From: Octopus sinensis
Lineage: Eukaryota
Length of the DNA: 64,000 bases
Direction of reading: 5' to 3'
NCBI RefSeq assembly: GCF_006345805.1
Contig: NC_043005.1
Span: 48,112,001 to 48,176,000 of the forward strand
The position numbers were made by a program, and so were the translations under genes. Positions within the stretch are counted from its first letter, which is position 1; each line of letters begins with the position of its first letter. Shown piece after piece: positions 13,541 to 26,758 of this stretch. The notes under the pieces are model-generated. The model searched no databases. It was not told the DNA's origin and saw only the letters and a program-made list of their open reading frames with translations.

Positions 13541-14235
13541 TATATACATACATATATATATGTGTGTATACATATGCATATATATATATGTATGCATGTA
13601 TGTATGTATATATGTATGTATGTATGCATGTATGTAATATATATAGTTGTAATATTGAAGTAATAGTGAAGACAAACTGAACAGTGATATTTTAGAATGA
13701 TTTAATATGTGCATTTTAGGGTTGTAAATTATATGATAAGAAAAGCATATTTTAACTGATGATGACCTTACACAATGGATGCATTTCCTATTATATATCA
13801 TGTAAACCAGAAACGTGTGTAATAAATGATTTCAAAATATCACCATTTTCGTATGAGTTTATTACGACAACTAATATGACTGGATGATAGTACAAACTAA
13901 CCAGTCTTGACTCCACTTATGCAGATACTCTAACAATGATTTGGAGTAGGTCGTTATACTTGACTTGAGTAAAAAATTCTGGCATCGTGCAACACAAAAT
14001 AATACACACACACACACACGCATATATACATATATTTGTGTGTACATACATACATATATACATAGTCAATTCAAGTAAAAGAAGAATAAAATTAACAATA
14101 GCAGGCAACCAGAGCAGAGAACACTCAGTAAAAAGAGAGAATTTTTGATGTTTCAAGTATAGCTCTTTGTCAGAAAGGTGAAAAGGAATAGTCCAAAGAA
14201 AGAAAAGAAATCACCAACAGCTTGTGTGTAATATA

Positions 14236-14998
14236 CAGGGGTTGGACAAAATAATGGAAACACCTTAAAATTTCACACAAATTTATTTTAATATGAGGTA
14301 GGACCACTTTTGGCAGTAATTAATTACACCTTGAATTCCATGAGGTATGGGCTCGTAAAAAATTTGAATTGTTTCCAGAGGAATTTTCATCCATTCTTCA
14401 GCTAAAACAGTCTCTTGTTCTTGTAGTGATGATGGTGGAAGATATCGACTCCTTACTTGTTTTTCTAAAATGCACCATAAATGTTCAATAATATTGAGAT
14501 CTGAGGACTGTGGTGACTAGATAACATGTTCAACTTCACTAGGATGTTATTCGTGCCATTCAATAACAACTTTTGGTGTGTGAATTGGTGCATTATCAAC
14601 CTGAAAGATTGCGTTACCCTCCGGAAACAGTTCCACAATCATAGGATGAATTTGATCGGATACAATGCTTAGATAGTCTTGACTATTAATTCTGCCATGA
14701 AGGGAAACCATTGGGCCAGCAGATTTCCAAGACATAGCCCCCCCCCCCCCCGACCATCACAGATCCTCCTCCATGTTTAACAGTTGGAAGAAGGTAGTCT
14801 AGGTCAAATGCTTCTTTTGGCTGTCTCCACACGTGTACTCGGCCAGTGGTCAGAATTAAGGTAAAGGATGACTCGTCCAAGAAAATAACATTCTTTCACT
14901 GCTTTAGGGACCAATTCCATAGGTTTTTACTCCACTCTAAACACTTTGCAACATTTGTTTTTAAAAGAAGTGGTTTTCTGATTGCAGCCCTCCCATGG
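14236..14998 (-). mobile_element. Tc1-like transposon remnant with DD36E catalytic spacing (Incomer-like), 5'-truncated
   Basis: GRAAIRKPLL...VIFLDESSF...KHGGGSVMV...FQVDNAPIHT...SDLNIIEHLW; 36 codons between D2 and E; 3' TIR (plus strand) caggggttggacaaaataatggaaacac after TA. Confidence 0.9.
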
Positions 14999-15057
14999 TT
15001 GGCATTAGGAGGGGCATCCAACTGTGAAAACATCACCAGATCAGATTAGAGAAAATT

Positions 15058-15900
15058 CCGCCAAGGTCAACTTTGTCTTTCATCCTTTCAGGGTCGATAA
15101 ATTAAGTACCAGTGAAACATTGGGGGTCAATGTAATTGACTAGTCCCTTCCACCACATTTCAGGCTTTGTGCCTATAGTAGAAAAAAGAAATGTTAGTAC
15201 ACCAGACAAAATGCTTTGTGACATTTTGTCTGTCTTTACGTTCTGAGTTCAAATTCTGCTGACGATTTTACTTTTCATCCTTTTAGGGGTCGATGAAATA
15301 AGTATCAGATGAGCACTGGGAGTTGATGTAATCAACTAGCCCACTCCCAGCAAATTTCAGGCCTTGTGCCTATAGTAAAAGGGATAATTAATTCCTTCTA
15401 AGGCAGAAGTGTTAGTCTACCAGACAAAATGCTTAGCAGTATTTTGTCCTTCTTTATAGTTTGAGTTCAAATTCTGCCAAAGGCAACTTTGCTTTTTATT
15501 CTTTCAGGGTTAATAAAGTGAGTACCAGTTGCATACTGGGATCGATCTAATCGACTGGCCCCCTCCCCAGGCCTTGTGCATAGAGTAGAAAAGAATATCA
15601 TCTATGTAGCTAAAGGTGGTGAGCTGGCAGAATCGTTAACATGCCAGGTGAAATGCTTAGCGGCATTTTGTCTGTCTCAATGTTCTGAGTTCAAATTCCG
15701 CATTGGTCAACTTTGCCTTTCTTCCTTTCCGGGTCGATAAACTAAGTACCAGTTGCATACTAGGGTTAATCTAATCAACTGGCCTCCTCCCCCGAAATTT
15801 TGGGCCTTGTGCCTAGAGTAGAAAAGAATAAAGTAAGTACTAGTCAAATACTGGGGCCAATGTAATCGACTTGCCCCTCACCTCAAAATTTGAAACTACT
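15058..15900 (+). mobile_element. Head-to-tail cluster of 4-5 SINE family A copies/fragments
   Basis: Repeated ttctgagttcaaattc...ctttcatcctttc...aagtaccagt...ccttgtgcctatagtag; best copy 15614-15830. Confidence 0.8.
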
Positions 15901-15963
15901 ATTAATCTACACTATTAATACAAAATGATAATAATAATAATAGTAATGATAATAATAATAATG

Positions 15964-16040
<77 letters not shown>

Positions 16041-16047
16041 TATAATA

Positions 16048-16295
16048 TTGGGTAGGTGCATAATTATTGCAGCCTCTTTTCAAAAAATTTAATTCAACAA
16101 AAACAATTACAATATTTAACAATAACATCTTTAAATGACGGTCTGATCGTCTGCCAAGCAAATGGGAAGCACTAATTGAAGTAGATGGTGAATATGTTCC
16201 GGAATAATCATTTAAAGATGTTTTTGTTACATGTTATTGTTTTTGTTGAATAAAATTTGTTGAAAAAAATCCGCAATAATTATCCACCAACCCAA
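16048..16295 (+). mobile_element. mariner-derived MITE (248 bp), copy 1
   Basis: TA-flanked TIRs ttgggtaggtgcataattattgc / gcaataattatccaccaacccaa; retains transposase C-terminus DRLPSKWEALIEVDGEYVPE*. Confidence 0.85.
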
Positions 16296-16326
16296 TAATA
16301 ATAATAATAATATAATAATAATAATA

Positions 16327-16362
<36 letters not shown>

Positions 16363-16369
16363 TATAATA

Positions 16370-16615
16370 TTGGGTAGGTGCATAATTATTGCAGCCTCTT
16401 TTCAAAAAATTTAATTCAACAAAAACAATTACAATATTTAACAATAACATCTTTAAATGACGGTCTGATCGTCTGCCAAGCAAATGGGAAGCACTAATTG
16501 AAGTAGATGGTGAATATGTTCCGGAATAATCATTTAAAGATGTTTTTGTTACATGTTATTGTTTTTGTTGAATAAAATTTGTTGAAAAAAATCCGCAATA
16601 ATTATCCACCAACCC

Positions 16616-16617
<2 letters not shown>
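16370..16617 (+). mobile_element. mariner-derived MITE (248 bp), identical copy 2
   Basis: Identical to 16048-16295, period 322 bp, embedded in (TAA)n. Confidence 0.85.
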
Positions 16618-16664
<47 letters not shown>

Positions 16665-18211
16665 GTAAAAATAATAATGATAATAATAATAATTATTATT
16701 ATTATACAGTTCTCTTGTATACTGTATTACTTCTGGATGTTGTTATAGTAGATTGTGCAGTGGGATATGAACTGTCAACTGGTTTGACATAATAGTGCTA
16801 TAGGAGAGAGAATGAAAATATGGGCTTCAAATTTTGGCACAAGGCCAGCAATTTTGGGAGTGGGGTAAATTGATTACATTTACCCCAATATTAAGCTGGT
16901 ACTTATTTTATCAACTCCAAAAGGATGAGGGGTAAAGTTGGTCTTGGTTGAATTTTGGCACAAGTCCAGCAATTATGGGGATAAGTCAATTACACTGACC
17001 CCAGGGCTAAGCTGGTACTTATTTTATTGACCCCGAAAAGATGAAAAGGAAAGTCAACATTGCTTTTCATCCTCCTGGAGTCAATAAATAAAAATAAGCA
17101 CCCTCTGAGCACTGAGGTAGATGACAGTGAAAATGTTGTTGGCCAGAACAAGCAGTTTTTGAGATAATGCAAGAGAGAGTGAGATTATAGCAATATAGCC
17201 TTATATCTCCCTAACATGATCGTAAAGGTTTGAAGATGTTAACAATGGCTTCACTGTTTTCGACTAGGCATATATCCTTAGTTTAATGTCATCCCGTGGT
17301 TTTTTTCATGAGCCTTTAGTGTAGTACATGTTGTTGCAAGCAATAAATTGGATCACCTTGAGAAAGACTCATTTGTCAGTAAATTTCATTGTCTCACAAC
17401 ACTAAAAATCTTCTGTATATTTCAAAATAAATAAACCCCAGAATGAAATATAAAAGAGAGGTATATTGACGAGCAATGATAAAACAACACTACCACTTCT
17501 GCTGCCACTGCTGCTGTTGTTGTTGTTGTTGTTGTTGTTAAGCAACAAGATGGGTAAGGGTGATTAGGTTATGGTCTAGGGCTTAGGGGCAGGAGACCCA
17601 AGACCTTGGAAAAAAAAAACTTTGGTCATCTCGTTGTAGTCGAGGGCTCTTTGTTGATGCCCGACACCACTGGGAGGTGGCCCTCGAAGTCGCTGGAAAT
17701 GGAGATCTCCAGATCCAAATTCTTGAACGGCTACTGCTGCTGCTGGCCTTTCATTTAATTTTAAACATAGGGAGATATATGGTTATGTAGATAAGAAGTT
17801 TGTTTTTAGACACTGCTTGAAAAACAAATAATAGGTGCATATCCTAAGATGACTTAGAAATATGAACTGAGCTTGATAGATTGGCTAAACTGAGTAAGCT
17901 CAATGACAGTCTGATCACTGAAATAAGTAAAAGGCCAGCCAAGAGTTGCCAGAAACACAAGTCTGCCCAAACTTAGTGATTTACAACACCTGGTATTTTG
18001 AAATTTGCTGGTGTTATGAGAGAACCTTTATTTAGTTACTTGATTTGGTATAAACAGCAGCTAAGTTTCCTTAGATTACAATTACTGTCAGTTTTCTCTT
18101 CAATTAGGAGTGCTAGTGTTGCAAACAAGCAATACACATGTAATGAGTGTTTATGCTTGATAACTTTTGCATATATATATATATATATATATATATGTAT
18201 TGTTGTTGTTG

Positions 18212-18512
18212 TTTGTTCCTTCTTAAGCCACACCTGGCTCATAGGGCTAGTTTCCCGGGGTTTCCTTGGCATATAGGTTCCCCACCTGGACAGGACGCCG
18301 GTCCGTCACAGGTGAGCTGCAAGATACAGGAGGAAAGAGTGAGAGAAAGTTGTGGTGAAAGAGTCACCAGAAGTTCGCCATTGCCTTCTGCTGGAGCCGC
18401 ATGGAGCTTAGGAGTTTCACTCTTAAAAAACACACACATCACCCAGTCTGAGATTCGGACCCGCAATCCCTCGACCATGAGTCCACTGCTCTAATCACTA
18501 GGCCATGTGCCT
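18212..18512 (-). mobile_element. SINE family C copy
   Basis: tRNA-like head ggcacatggcctagtgattagagcagtggactc; 3' motif tgtgacggaccggcgtcctgtccagg. Confidence 0.8.
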
Positions 18513-18535
18513 GCACACACACACACGCACACATA

Positions 18536-18577
<42 letters not shown>

Positions 18578-18644
18578 CATATGTATGTGTATATGTTTAT
18601 TTATATATATGGCTATTAGGTGCAGGCATGGCTATTTGTGACAG

Positions 18645-18893
18645 ATGAAATACTGCTAACCCTTTCGTCCAGCATGCTAATGATTCTTTTCTACTCTAGG
18701 CACAAGGCCCAAAATTTTCTGGGAGGGTGTCAGTCGATTAGATCGACCCCAGTACACAACTCGTAGTTAATTTATCAACACTGAAAGAATGAAAGGCAAA
18801 GTCGACCGTAGCAGAATTTGAACTCAGAACATAATGACGAATGAAACACCGCTAAGCATTTCGTGTGCTAAATATTCTGTCAGCTCACCACCT
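18645..18893 (-). mobile_element. SINE family A copy
   Basis: Family A motifs on the minus strand. Confidence 0.7.
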
Positions 18894-19192
18894 TAAAACA
18901 CATTAATAATTGTAGTAATGTAATAGATGTCCACACTTGAGATGAAATCCCACAAGGTTAAGTTCATCTCCCAGTTCCAAATTCTCTTTTGTGATCAATT
19001 CATTTAGCTAATATTCTAAAACTGAGATAATAGCATAAACTTTTCTTTTTCCCTTAAAAGTCTTAGGCTGTTGCTATTACTGTTTAATTCAGCATCAATT
19101 CTAAGCTAGCAAAAGGTTTATGCTGTTGTGGTCATTTAATTCATCATCATCTCTGATTTAGCAAATCTATTCTTAATATTTCTCTTAATTAA

Positions 19193-19413
19193 TCCTTTAA
19201 CATTCAGATTACTCTGTCAAATGTTATGCTTATCTATTCATGTTGTTTTGAATTAATCCATGCATTATCTTGTAGCTTTGTGATTAAAATGATGTGGTTG
19301 TTTGTTTTTAGAATGACATTGTAGAGTAGGTGTGAGAGGGTGGATCTTGTCAGTTCTAATATAAAACAGGCAGAATATTTGGGCCGGATATGGCCAGATT
19401 AAATGCTAAATGG
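19193..19413. mobile_element. TTAA-flanked (piggyBac-type) MITE
   Basis: ttaa-tcctttaacatt ... aatgctaaatgg-ttaa termini. Confidence 0.65.
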
Positions 19414-19819
19414 TTAAGACAGCAAGATGGTAGAATAGTTACTGTGCTAGAGAAAATGCTCTTCTGACTATACATTCTGAGTTCAAACGCTACCGGGATA
19501 GAATGTTGGCTTTTATCCTTTAGGGGTTGATAATTTAAAAACCAATTAAGTACTGGGTTTGATATAACTGACTAACCACCCACTCCTTGAAATTGCTGGC
19601 CTTGTGCAAAAGTTTGAAACCAATATTTCCCTCACTTTCTTTTCTTTTTTTTTTGCTTTCATTATGTTAATTTCTATTGGCTGTTTTTCAGCTGTAGCAA
19701 TCTTAAATGATTGAATGAAGCAAACTTAAATAAATTATGCTAATAAGGTTCAATAAGACCAAAACATATCTAAGTTGTTTCCCTTGTTTGCAAACAATGA
19801 TCAAATTTTCTTTTAAGCA

Positions 19820-20216
19820 TTCTTTTATTCTTTTACTTGTTTCAATCATTTGACTGCAGCCATGCTGGAACACTGCCTTTAAGGGTTTTTTGTCAAAGAA
19901 ATCAACCCAAGGACTTACTTTTTGTAAGCCTAGCACTCATTCTATTGGTCTATTTTGCTGATCTGCTAATTTACAGGGACATAAACACACCAAAATCAGT
20001 GATGATGGGGGACAAACACAGACACATAAATATATACATATACAAATATATATGCATACAACCGGCATCTTTCGGTTTCTGTCTACCAAATCCACTTACA
20101 AGGCTTTGGTTGGCCCAAGGCTATAGTAAAAGACATTTCCCAAGGTGCCACTCAGTGGGACTGAACCCAGAACCATGTGGTTTGGAAGCAAGCCTCTTAC
20201 CACACAGCCACATCTA
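19820..20216 (-). mobile_element. SINE family B copy
   Basis: Complete reverse-complement copy with tail cagtcaaatgattgaaacaagtaaaag. Confidence 0.8.
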
Positions 20217-21089
20217 TGAATTAATTTTATAAAATTATTTCTTAATTTCTTGAAATTGCCTTCCTTTTTATTCAAGCCACTCACTAACAATGATTGCTAG
20301 TTTTTTTTTTATGTACATATTCCAAATAAGAGAGAAGTTTTAATTCAGAATATTTTTGCATATGTTTTTGCATAATTTTTATTTTTCTAGAGGGGCAGTC
20401 ATGGCTGTGCATGTAAGAATCTTGCTTTGCAACCATATGGTCATGGGTTTAGTCCCTTTCTTGAGCACCACATTAGACAAGTTTATTCTACTATACTGTA
20501 GTAGCCCCAGGCTGTCCAATGCCTTGTGGGGGAATTTGGTAGAAAGAAATTGTGTGAAAGCCCATATTATGTGTTGCACTGTGTGTGTGTGTGTGCACAT
20601 GCACTCGTGTATGTTTGTCTATGTATGTGTGTCTATGTATGTGTGTGTGCATATGTGGGTATGTGTGTATGTATGTGTATATGTGTGTATATGTGTGTAT
20701 ATGTGTGTGTGCATGTGTGTGTGCATGTGTGTGAGCCTGTAAGTGTGTATTTCTCCAAAGACCATTTGACAACTGGTGTTGTTGGATTTACATCCTTTCG
20801 ATAAAAGAAATCAATAAAAACAAGACTTAAAAATAAAAATAGGACTTTAAAAAATTACTGGGTTGACTAAATTCTTCATGGCCCCAGAAAGATGAAAGAT
20901 AAAGTTGACCTTGGTGGAATTTGAGCTCATAACATAAAAGGCTGGAGGTAAATACAGCAAATCACTTTCTCTGATATTCCAAAAATTCTACCAATTACTA
21001 TGTAACATCTCCCATTCTTATGAATCTGAGGATTTGGGCCTCGCTAGCCAGCTCCTATCATCCTATACTGGCAAGAGTTTGTATAATAG

Positions 21090-22025
21090 TTTCAACATTT
21101 GGCATAAGGCCACTCACTTTGAAGGAGAGAATAAGTCAATTACATCGACCCCAGGGCTCAAATGGTACTTATTTTATCAACCATGAAAGGATGAAAGGCA
21201 AAGTCAACTTTGGCAGAATTTGAACTCACGACATAAAGATGGATGTAATGTCACTAATCATTTTGCCCAGCATGCTAACAATTCTGCCAGCTCACTGCCT
21301 AATTCTAAATTATTAATAATGGTTTCAAATTTTGGCACAAAGCCATTCAGTTTGGAGGAGGGGTTAAGTTGATTACATCGAACCCAGGATTCAAATGGTA
21401 CTTATTTTTTCGACTCTTGAAAGGATGAAAGGCAGAGTCGATCTTGGCAGAATTTGAACTCAAAACATACAGATAGACAAAGTGTGTCACTAGCATTCTG
21501 CCCAGTATGTTATTGATTCCATCTGCTTGCTGCCTGATGAGTTCATATAATAAAAGGCAGAAGTGTTGGGATTATTAACTTATTATAAATTTACTTAACT
21601 TCAAGTCATTTATCTGTATTTATTTTCTTTTAACTTTTACTTATTTCAGTCATTAGACTGCAGCCATGCTAGGACACTGTCCTGAAAGGTTTTATTGAAC
21701 AAATCAACCCATGTACTTATTTATTTTTTAAAGCTTGGTACTTATTCTATCAGTCTTTTTTGGCCAAATCACTAATTTAGGGGGTCATAAATACACCAAC
21801 ACCAGTTGTCAAGCAGTGGTAGGGAACTAACACAAACACAAAGACATACACACACATATACACACACACACAAACACACACATATAATAGGCTTCTTTCA
21901 GCTTCTCTCTACCAAATCCATTCACAAGACTTTGGTCAGCTTAAGGCCATAGTAGAAGACATTTGTCGAAGGTGTCATGCAGTGGAACTGAACCCAAAAC
22001 CATGTGGCTGCAAAACAAGCTTCTT
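21090..22025 (-). mobile_element. Two SINE A copies followed by a SINE B copy (21628-22025)
   Basis: Family motifs on the minus strand. Confidence 0.7.
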
Positions 22026-22924
22026 ACAATACTGTCACGTCTGCAACTATTTTCTTTATTTTCAAAATTCATTTATTTATATTTTGAATTATTTCTTGTA
22101 ATTATTCATACAATATAACTAAGATGCTGGTTAAGACCAAAACCAAATATTTTTGTAATGAAACTACTTCATCATTTACACTAAGGTAAGCATTGAAATG
22201 TTTACTGGTGTAGCCAAAGCTAGAGTAATTTCTAGCCATGATGGTAATAGCTCTGACATCTATCTACAAGGTGTTTGCTCATGTGTACAATAAGTCTTTT
22301 GCTTTGTCAGCTTGTCTTCCCTGACGAAAATATATTAATGTTCTGGCAATTATTTCTCTGTCTATCAGAAGTCTAGGCAGCATGATTTCTCACTCCACTC
22401 CTAATCACAGTTAAGTGAAAGTCCCTCCTCAACACAGCTTTCTTTTCGTTTACAAACCCTACAACATTTGAGAGAAGGAGAGAGAGAAAGAGAAAGTGAT
22501 AGAGTCTGTGTGTAAGAAAGAGAGACAGACAGAGAGTGAGAGAGAGTGAGAGGCCAAGAGAGTCTTGATCAAGATATTTTCTGTCTGTTTGTGTCCCTCA
22601 CCTGTAATCATTTTTCACTATGGCAACCTTCCAAAATATGTTATGAAAGTAAAAGATGACGAACTAAAAGGAAAGGGGGTAAAACGGGGAGATATATCAT
22701 GTAAATAAGGGCTCATCATCTCCTTGCTGGTGCCCCCCCCCAACCACCAGTCCCTCCCTCTCCCCCTCTCCTGTCCATCATTCTCTCTGTCTAAATGATG
22801 ATTAGCTTGCTTATGTTTGTTATTACAGCTGCAGGGAGTTGGTACCATGAAAGCACTTGATAATGTTGTTTTTGCTGCAGTTGATGGTCATTGGTGGCAA
22901 AGGTGGTATTAGGGGTGGAGTGAT

Positions 22925-22940
22925 TGTAGCAGAAGTAGTG

Positions 22941-22979
<39 letters not shown>

Positions 22980-23560
22980 ATAGTAGTAGTAGTTATTGTT
23001 GCTGCTGTTGTTTTTATTGTTATCATCATCATCATGGCAGAGATTGGGTTGGTGATGGTGATGGTGATGGTGAAAATGGTAATGTCGATCATGTGAGTGA
23101 CAACAGTGATAATGATTATGAAGGCAGTGATTAGTGATGATGATGATGATGGTGGTAGTGGTAGTGGGGGGGGTTGTTTTGGTGGTGGTGGTGGTGGTGT
23201 TGGTGGTGGTGGTGGTGGTGGTGATGGTGGTGGCAGCGGAGGCGGCAGCAGTAGTGGTGGCAGCAGTAGTGGTGGCAGCAGCAGCAAGGAGGAGGAATGA
23301 AATTGATGACAAAGGTAATGTTGAAAATACTGGTGATGGTGGTGGTGGTGGTGGTGGTGGTGGTGGTGGGTGACAGTACAATTTCCATCACTACTGCAGC
23401 TACAGATGATGGTGATGATGATGATGATGATGAAGTAGGACTTACCATTTTAAGGACATATATCACACTATAGCAAAGTAGCATCACAATGCAACAACTA
23501 TATTTTTCCCACCAACACCACCACCACCACCACCACCACCACCACCACTGACACCTCACT
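22925..23560. repeat. Compound trinucleotide microsatellite (GTA/GGT/GAT/ACC)
   Basis: Directly visible. Confidence 0.9.
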
Positions 23561-24520
23561 GTCCTACGTACACTCCACATGCACCATATTGGCAAGAATA
23601 TAATAATTAAACTTACAGCTAGATTGAGGAACAAAGATACTGTTTGATAGTATGCCCAGTTATGCTACAATAATTACAATAATCCGTAGATTTTACTTGA
23701 TGTCAAAAGAATTATTTCCAGTTTAGTGAACTTCGGAAAACCAACCTTGCTACTTGCAAAGCTAAATAGCATTCTTAAATATGGTGAGAAAGGTGGAATA
23801 ATGAATTAAATTTTTGTTTCAAATCTCTTTCTGAGCTATTAACTGTGAGAAATGTAAACCATTCTAAAGGATCACTATCAAACAGTTGATAGATAATGCT
23901 GCAAAAATCTAATAAACTATATTGTTCCACGAACATTGATTTATTAGTGGGACTCTATCATCAATAATCATAACATTGGTATTTTCCTTCAGTGGCAAAG
24001 GTCAACACTACCTTATCCTTAACCAGATACACTGACAATCATCATTCCAAAAGATTAACATTTACCATTTTCTTCACAGATTTTCCATAGCTCAGCATTG
24101 CCTCATTTATCAATAATTACCAATTTACTATGTTTTCAGGTATCCATTGGCAGCGCCTGTGCTGTGGCAAGCCTCAGCTCAGTTGTTTTTCATGCAAACA
24201 GAATGGAATATTCTAAAATATATTGTTATTGAAATTCATCTATTATTCATTCATATATGTGTGCAGGTGTAAGGTTCAGTTATGGATATATGTTATATAT
24301 TACATTTAATTATTCATGCATACAAATCATAAAGATATAGACAAATAATAAATCTAAAAATACCTAATGTATATAAAGAGACACACAGTCATCATTTCTT
24401 TATCTCTTTCTCTCATATATATAAATTAATGTTTGTTTTTATGTTCAGTTAAAAGTAAAACAATTTTAAGTTAATTTGAAAGGTTAGCCTAAATTTTTGC
24501 AGAATACAGATTTATTATTC

Positions 24521-24654
24521 TTAAACAAGAATATTATTGATAGTGACTTCGAAGTGCCCGCTAGTGAAGCCATGGTTGGCCAGTTAAACCACCATATAAT
24601 GATGGTTTAACTAGCCAAAACTTCAAAGTCTCTGTCAATAATATTCTTGTTTAA
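24521..24654. repeat. Imperfect hairpin element bounded by TTAA
   Basis: ttaaacaagaatattattgatagtgacttcgaagt ... acttcaaagtctctgtcaataatattcttgtttaa, with inner stem ccagttaaaccaccat/atgatggtttaactag. Confidence 0.75.
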
Positions 24655-24666
24655 TACATAAATACA

Positions 24667-24708
<42 letters not shown>

Positions 24709-24842
24709 TAAATTAGAGATAAAACCACTATTAGGCAAAACAAACAATAAAAAACATAAGCCAATACATAAAATTAATTAATTTATATTATTTTAAATAT
24801 ATATCAAAAGTATTAAAAGTTTAATAAAAGATAAAGAGTAAA

Positions 24843-24914
24843 ACACTACGATCGTTTCATGGCTGTACAATTCGTAATAATTCAAGTTATGGTTACAGTC
24901 AGTCTTCAGGTAAT
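24843..24914 (-). ncRNA. Type-I hammerhead-ribozyme-like motif
   Basis: attac CUGAAGA c ugacugua...uacagcca u GAAA cgaucg UA gug: full core, palindromic stem III, GUA site; weak stem I and C.U at 10.1/11.1. Confidence 0.45.
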
Positions 24915-25258
24915 TGAAATATTTATCTTAGCGAGGTTTAGCAATGAACTAAAATTTAATAATAATAATATTAAGGAGTAAATCCAAACTTACAGGGAAA
25001 AATTAGATTTAGGATTAAATCTAATTTCACAGTAAAATATAGATTAAATTAGAGATAAAACCACTATTAGGCAAATCAAACAGTGAAAAGCACAAACCAA
25101 AACATAAAAATAAAAATAATTGATATAATATGCAAAATACGAAATACATAATATAAATATATTAATTATTTTTATTTTTATGTTTTGGTTTATGTTTTTC
25201 AATGTTTGATTTGCCTAATAGGTTTTATCTCTAATTTAATATATATATATGTATATAT

Positions 25259-25289
<31 letters not shown>

Positions 25290-25403
25290 GTATATATAGC
25301 TATGACAATACATATTCTAAAATTGGAATGATACAGAGAAGATAAGCATAGCTCCTGTGCAAGAATGACACATGAATTCGTGAGGCACTCCATATTTCTA
25401 TGT

Positions 25404-25688
25404 GAAGGTACATGGCTCAATGGTTAGCATGACAAGCTTATGATCGTGAGCTTGTGAGTTCAATTCCCAGACTGGGCTGTGTGTTGTGTTCTTGAGCAAG
25501 ACACTTTACTTCATGCTGCTCCAGTTCACTCAGCTGTAGAAATGAGTTGCAATGTCATTGGTGCCAAGTTGTATCGGGCTTTGCCTTTCCCATAGATAAC
25601 ACCAGTGGCATGGAGAGAGGAGGCTGATATGCATAAGTGACTGTTGGTCTTCAATAATTAACCTTACCCAGACTTGTGCCTAGGAAGG
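25404..25688 (+). mobile_element. SINE family C copy
   Basis: ggtacatggctcaatggttagc...gagttcaattccc...cttgagcaagacactt. Confidence 0.75.
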
Positions 25689-26542
25689 ATATGTACCTTT
25701 GTATGCATACTTAGAAAAAGCTGTTTATGCACCAAGTTAAATTTTCATTATATCCAGTTTCAAACCGCATGTCATTTGCCAGGATTCAAGACAACATCAA
25801 CTAACTAATCTACTACCATTTGTTGGCATCCTTTTGTCTCAGGAGACAATGGAATTGCGCATAAAATCAGTTTTGTGCAGGCCTGGGCTAGATATAAGAA
25901 AATCTTGGGTAGCCCAATCATTAGGATTCCTCTCTCTATTATGCTGACATAGTCCAAAGGAGTGCAGGGCATTACATTTGGCACCAGCATGGCCACAGTC
26001 TAATGACGGAAATAAATAAAAACACCCCCCCACCAAAAAAAAACGAACAAAAAACAAAGAGGGAAACTGTAAAAGTTTGTCAGATAGATCTTACCTGTAA
26101 TTAACTGGTGATGAAGTCATTGATAACCTCGTACTCTATGAGGAGCAAGAGGCATAAATAAGTCAGTAGTGAATTATGCCCAAGTCAGCATTTTTCCGTT
26201 GCTATAAGCTTAAATATGTATAGGGTATAAAAATCAAGCCACTGGGTCAATTGATCCCAGTTTTGTGAAATAAGTTATCAGGTCAATGATTGGTTGTTTG
26301 GTAGATGTCCTATTGATGTTAATACATTTCTCTGTGCTCTATGAATGAGAAATAAGTGTATATAATCATTGAAGATCTGTTTCAGTAGAAAGATATGATT
26401 CTGAAACTATCACAAGAATATAACGATAGTTATCTTCATCATCACTATCATCATCATCGTTGACGTCGTTATCGTCATCATCATCATATGCCTCATCAGC
26501 ATCAGCATCAGCATCATCATCGTCATCATCATCATCAATATT

Positions 26543-26758
26543 TATTTCTTTACTACCCACAAGGGGCTAAACACAGAGAGGACAAACAAGGACAGACGAA
26601 TGGATTAAGTCGATTACAACGACGCCAGTGCGTAACTGGTACTTATTTAATCGACCCCGAAAGGATGAAAGACAAAGTCGACCTCGGCAGAATTTGAACT
26701 CAGAACGTAGCAGCAGACAAAATACTGGCATGCTACCGTTTCTACCAGCTCGCTGCCT
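26543..26758 (-). mobile_element. SINE family A copy (well preserved)
   Basis: Near-consensus copy with tail gccccttgtgggtagtaaagaaata. Confidence 0.85.
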
